Part shown: one piece after another, positions 62,290 to 64,000 of the stretch
How positions within the stretch are numbered: position 1 is the first letter of the stretch
How the letters are laid out: each line of letters begins with the position of its first letter
IMG/VR virus record: IMGVR_UViG_3300020154_000003
Span: 186,001 to 250,000 of that record
Strand: one strand, 5' to 3'
Length of the DNA stretch: 64,000 nt
Position numbers and translations under genes: made by a program
The notes under the pieces: generated by a model
Told to the model about the DNA's origin: nothing
The model's input: only the letters and a program-made list of their open reading frames with translations
The model's database searches: none

Positions 62290-63597
62290 AAAGTTTTAGG
62301 CAAGTGCATCGACCATTTGGGTTCGCAGCAATGGTCTTGCCTAAAACATAACTGAGAGTTTCTCAGTTTTTCTTTAAATAGTAACCCACGCCTTAATAGT
62401 ATAGGTTCGGTTCTTACTCTGTTCGAGCACTGAGTTTTTCAGAACCTACGACTGTTTGTACATCTGCCAGTACGACCCACAGACAAATTACTGGCATCAT
62501 GGTATTCCAATGGCTCTCACGTTCGCCAATCCTCTCTTCCCTCTCTTTTGCTTGGCCATCATGACGATGGTTTTCATTCTGACAAGGATCAAGGTCGCTA
62601 CAATACTTACGGGTTTGTAGGGCATATTGCAAGCCCCTTGCAACACGACCGAGTTTTTTTAGAGATAGATAGAAATGCTTACTTATGTGTTCAAGTTCGG
62701 CATCCCCGTGTGGCAGCTTTGCAATCCGTACTTCACGATGAATGAGACCGTGGAGCAAAGTTTTCTCTTTAAGTCGCTAACCATGCGACAGCCAGTCTTA
62801 TTTTCAATGTCACGATCTAAAGGATGTTTAACAGTCGATCTTAATGGGTATTTCAAGGTTCCTGACTTCATCCACTACTACGAACCCTTTTTCGTAACCA
62901 TGACATTCAAAAAAACAGCAACTACACAGAAGGTTTTTTAATGTTGTTTCACTCAATCAGCAGCTATACAACTGTGTAGTCCCTTACGTTATCCCCCTTA
63001 TCATCAGTGTGGCCACACGGATTTACGGTTGGTTCCCATATCAGTTTACCGTTCAAAAATCATTATGTTGTGATCAGCCATCGAGTACTTTTATCCACCA
63101 ACGCCACTCTATGTATTGGCGCACAACTTTGGCTGGCTATGGTCACCATCTTAAAATCACAACATTAAATAACATGTGGTCAGGGATTATGGCATCTCGC
63201 TTGCAGTGCCAAACTTGCGGATAATCCTCCCCTCCACAATGAGATAATAAATTGACGAATGATCGAGATTTATATAGCCGCGAAGTAGAACAACGCTCTC
63301 TTTCTGTGCTGCGCATTTATCGCCAATTTAAAATAAAAAATTAAGTCTCATCACTACAGTTGTAATGAGATTGTCGTAACTTCCTCTTACTTTCTTCAGA
63401 GCGAGATTTAATATGATCAGAGCGTACTCGCGAAGGAGCGACACATTTAAGCGTTCTAAGACCAGTACCGAAGTACCGACCCAATGAGTAATCACATTAC
63501 GAAACCAACTTTACCAACTTACTGTACGCATACACAGGTGTCATTACTCTGTTTACCAATGTGTGTCGGTGAGCCTCTGCAGCGAGACCCTTGGCTT
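62290..63597 (-). ncRNA. Candidate giant (~1.3 kb) structured ncRNA in a GOLLD/ROOL-like context
   Basis: No credible ORF, raised GC, more than ten 7-12 bp nested helices; downstream of a promoter, tRNA-like element and boxA; ends in a 12-bp stem + TTTT. Confidence 0.7.
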
Positions 63598-63608
63598 AAT
63601 TTCTATTT

Positions 63609-63620
63609 TTTCAAAGAACA
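63609..63620 (-). promoter_or_regulatory. rrn-type boxA antitermination element
   Basis: TGTTCTTTGAAA on the minus strand, matching the GTTCTTTGAAA boxA of rRNA leaders. Confidence 0.55.
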
Positions 63621-63729
63621 ATGAGGTGCAGGAAGGTCGGTTATGCCTCCTTTTTCCAATACGTACATTTAAACGTTCATCCTGCAAACCTTGCAGTAAC
63701 CACACCTCCAACCCTATAGGAGTTGTTTG

Positions 63730-63819
63730 TAGGGGTGAGAGGATTCGAACCTCCACTCTTCGGGGCTTCAGTAATGCAACCACAGCCCCGATGTTTTATC
63801 CAGTTAAACTACCTCCCCT
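63730..63819 (-). ncRNA. 90-nt tRNA-like RNA with an extended anticodon arm
   Basis: AGGGGAGG/CACCCCT-A acceptor (imperfect), D arm GTTT-AACTGGATA-AAAC, 8-bp stem TCGGGGCT/AGCCCCGA capped by 16 nt, T arm GGAGG-TTCGAAT-CCTCT. Confidence 0.75.
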
Positions 63820-63834
63820 GTAATCATATGCAAT

Positions 63835-63859
63835 TATACGGAGAATAATGTGAATTGTT
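63835..63859 (-). promoter_or_regulatory. Phage promoter AAC-N16-CGTATA driving the tRNA-like + giant RNA unit
   Basis: Exact spacing; 15 nt upstream of the tRNA-like 5' end. Confidence 0.75.
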
Positions 63860-64000
63860 CACACTATTCAATCTTTTTTCGACAAAATTCTTTATTCGCT
63901 TTTTTCTTTTTGTCAGGGACAACCATAGGTTTGGGCATGATATTAGTTTCACGACTAATTTTTTTAGCCATCTTAAGTCTGTCCAAATTCGTTATGGTTT

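Larger units (their letters stand above)
1..64000. other. Segment of a large (probably jumbo) dsDNA phage genome, probable Bacteroidota host
   Basis: Dense co-oriented small ORFs, phage-typical auxiliary genes (DHFR, NT5C, RNA ligase, NADAR, HNH), virion-type cassette, no host housekeeping operons, TAnnTTTG promoters. Confidence 0.85.

Noticed and set aside
62290-63597. Group II intron or rRNA fragment
   Set aside because: No domain V, no RT/maturase, no interrupted host gene and no recognisable rRNA universal sequences by eye; cmscan would be decisive
62414-63823. ORFs called at 62414-63823 on both strands
   Set aside because: They overlap each other, mostly use non-ATG starts, have atypical composition and coincide with RNA helices and the tRNA-like element
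1-64000. Stop-codon reassignment, as in some Bacteroidota phages
   Set aside because: Conserved enzymes are full length in code 11, and genes ending in TAA, TAG and TGA tile tightly

Overview
This window is a segment of a large (probably jumbo) lytic dsDNA phage genome. The host is most likely a Bacteroidota bacterium: TAnnTTTG promoters are present, 5' leaders are A/T-rich and lack Shine-Dalgarno sequences, and there are Bacteroidota-type small lipoproteins. Over 150 short, tightly packed ORFs lie in three blocks: minus 1-16.8 kb, plus 17.1-26.6 kb and minus 26.7-64 kb. Recognisable genes are a virion-structural cassette (26.9-32.4 kb), SLOG/YspA, NADAR, a six-repeat NUMOD1 protein, an HNH homing endonuclease, an ABC/AAA ATPase, an HNH-SF2 helicase next to a ParB-like gene, DHFR, a SemiSWEET transporter, a 5'(3')-deoxyribonucleotidase, a DRB0094-family RNA ligase, a pentapeptide-repeat protein, M28 and C39 peptidases, an ATP-grasp protein and a PIF1-like helicase. 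Four unexplained signals stand out. (1) Four tRNA-shaped RNAs keep acceptor, D and T arms, but the anticodon arm is deleted, extended or replaced by a multi-hairpin domain. (2) An ORF-free, helix-dense RNA of about 1.3 kb (62.3-63.6 kb) follows a promoter, a tRNA-like leader and an rrn-type boxA, and a second promoter-to-terminator structured RNA of about 440 nt lies at 23.35-23.8 kb. (3) The C-terminal motif Y-x3-[ILVM]-x2-[FYILV]-[LIV] occurs on about 16 proteins, many otherwise unrelated. (4) There are 21 copies of an ECF-sigma-like promoter, AAC-N16-CGT(A/T). Everything here was read by eye; no database searches or folding programs were run.
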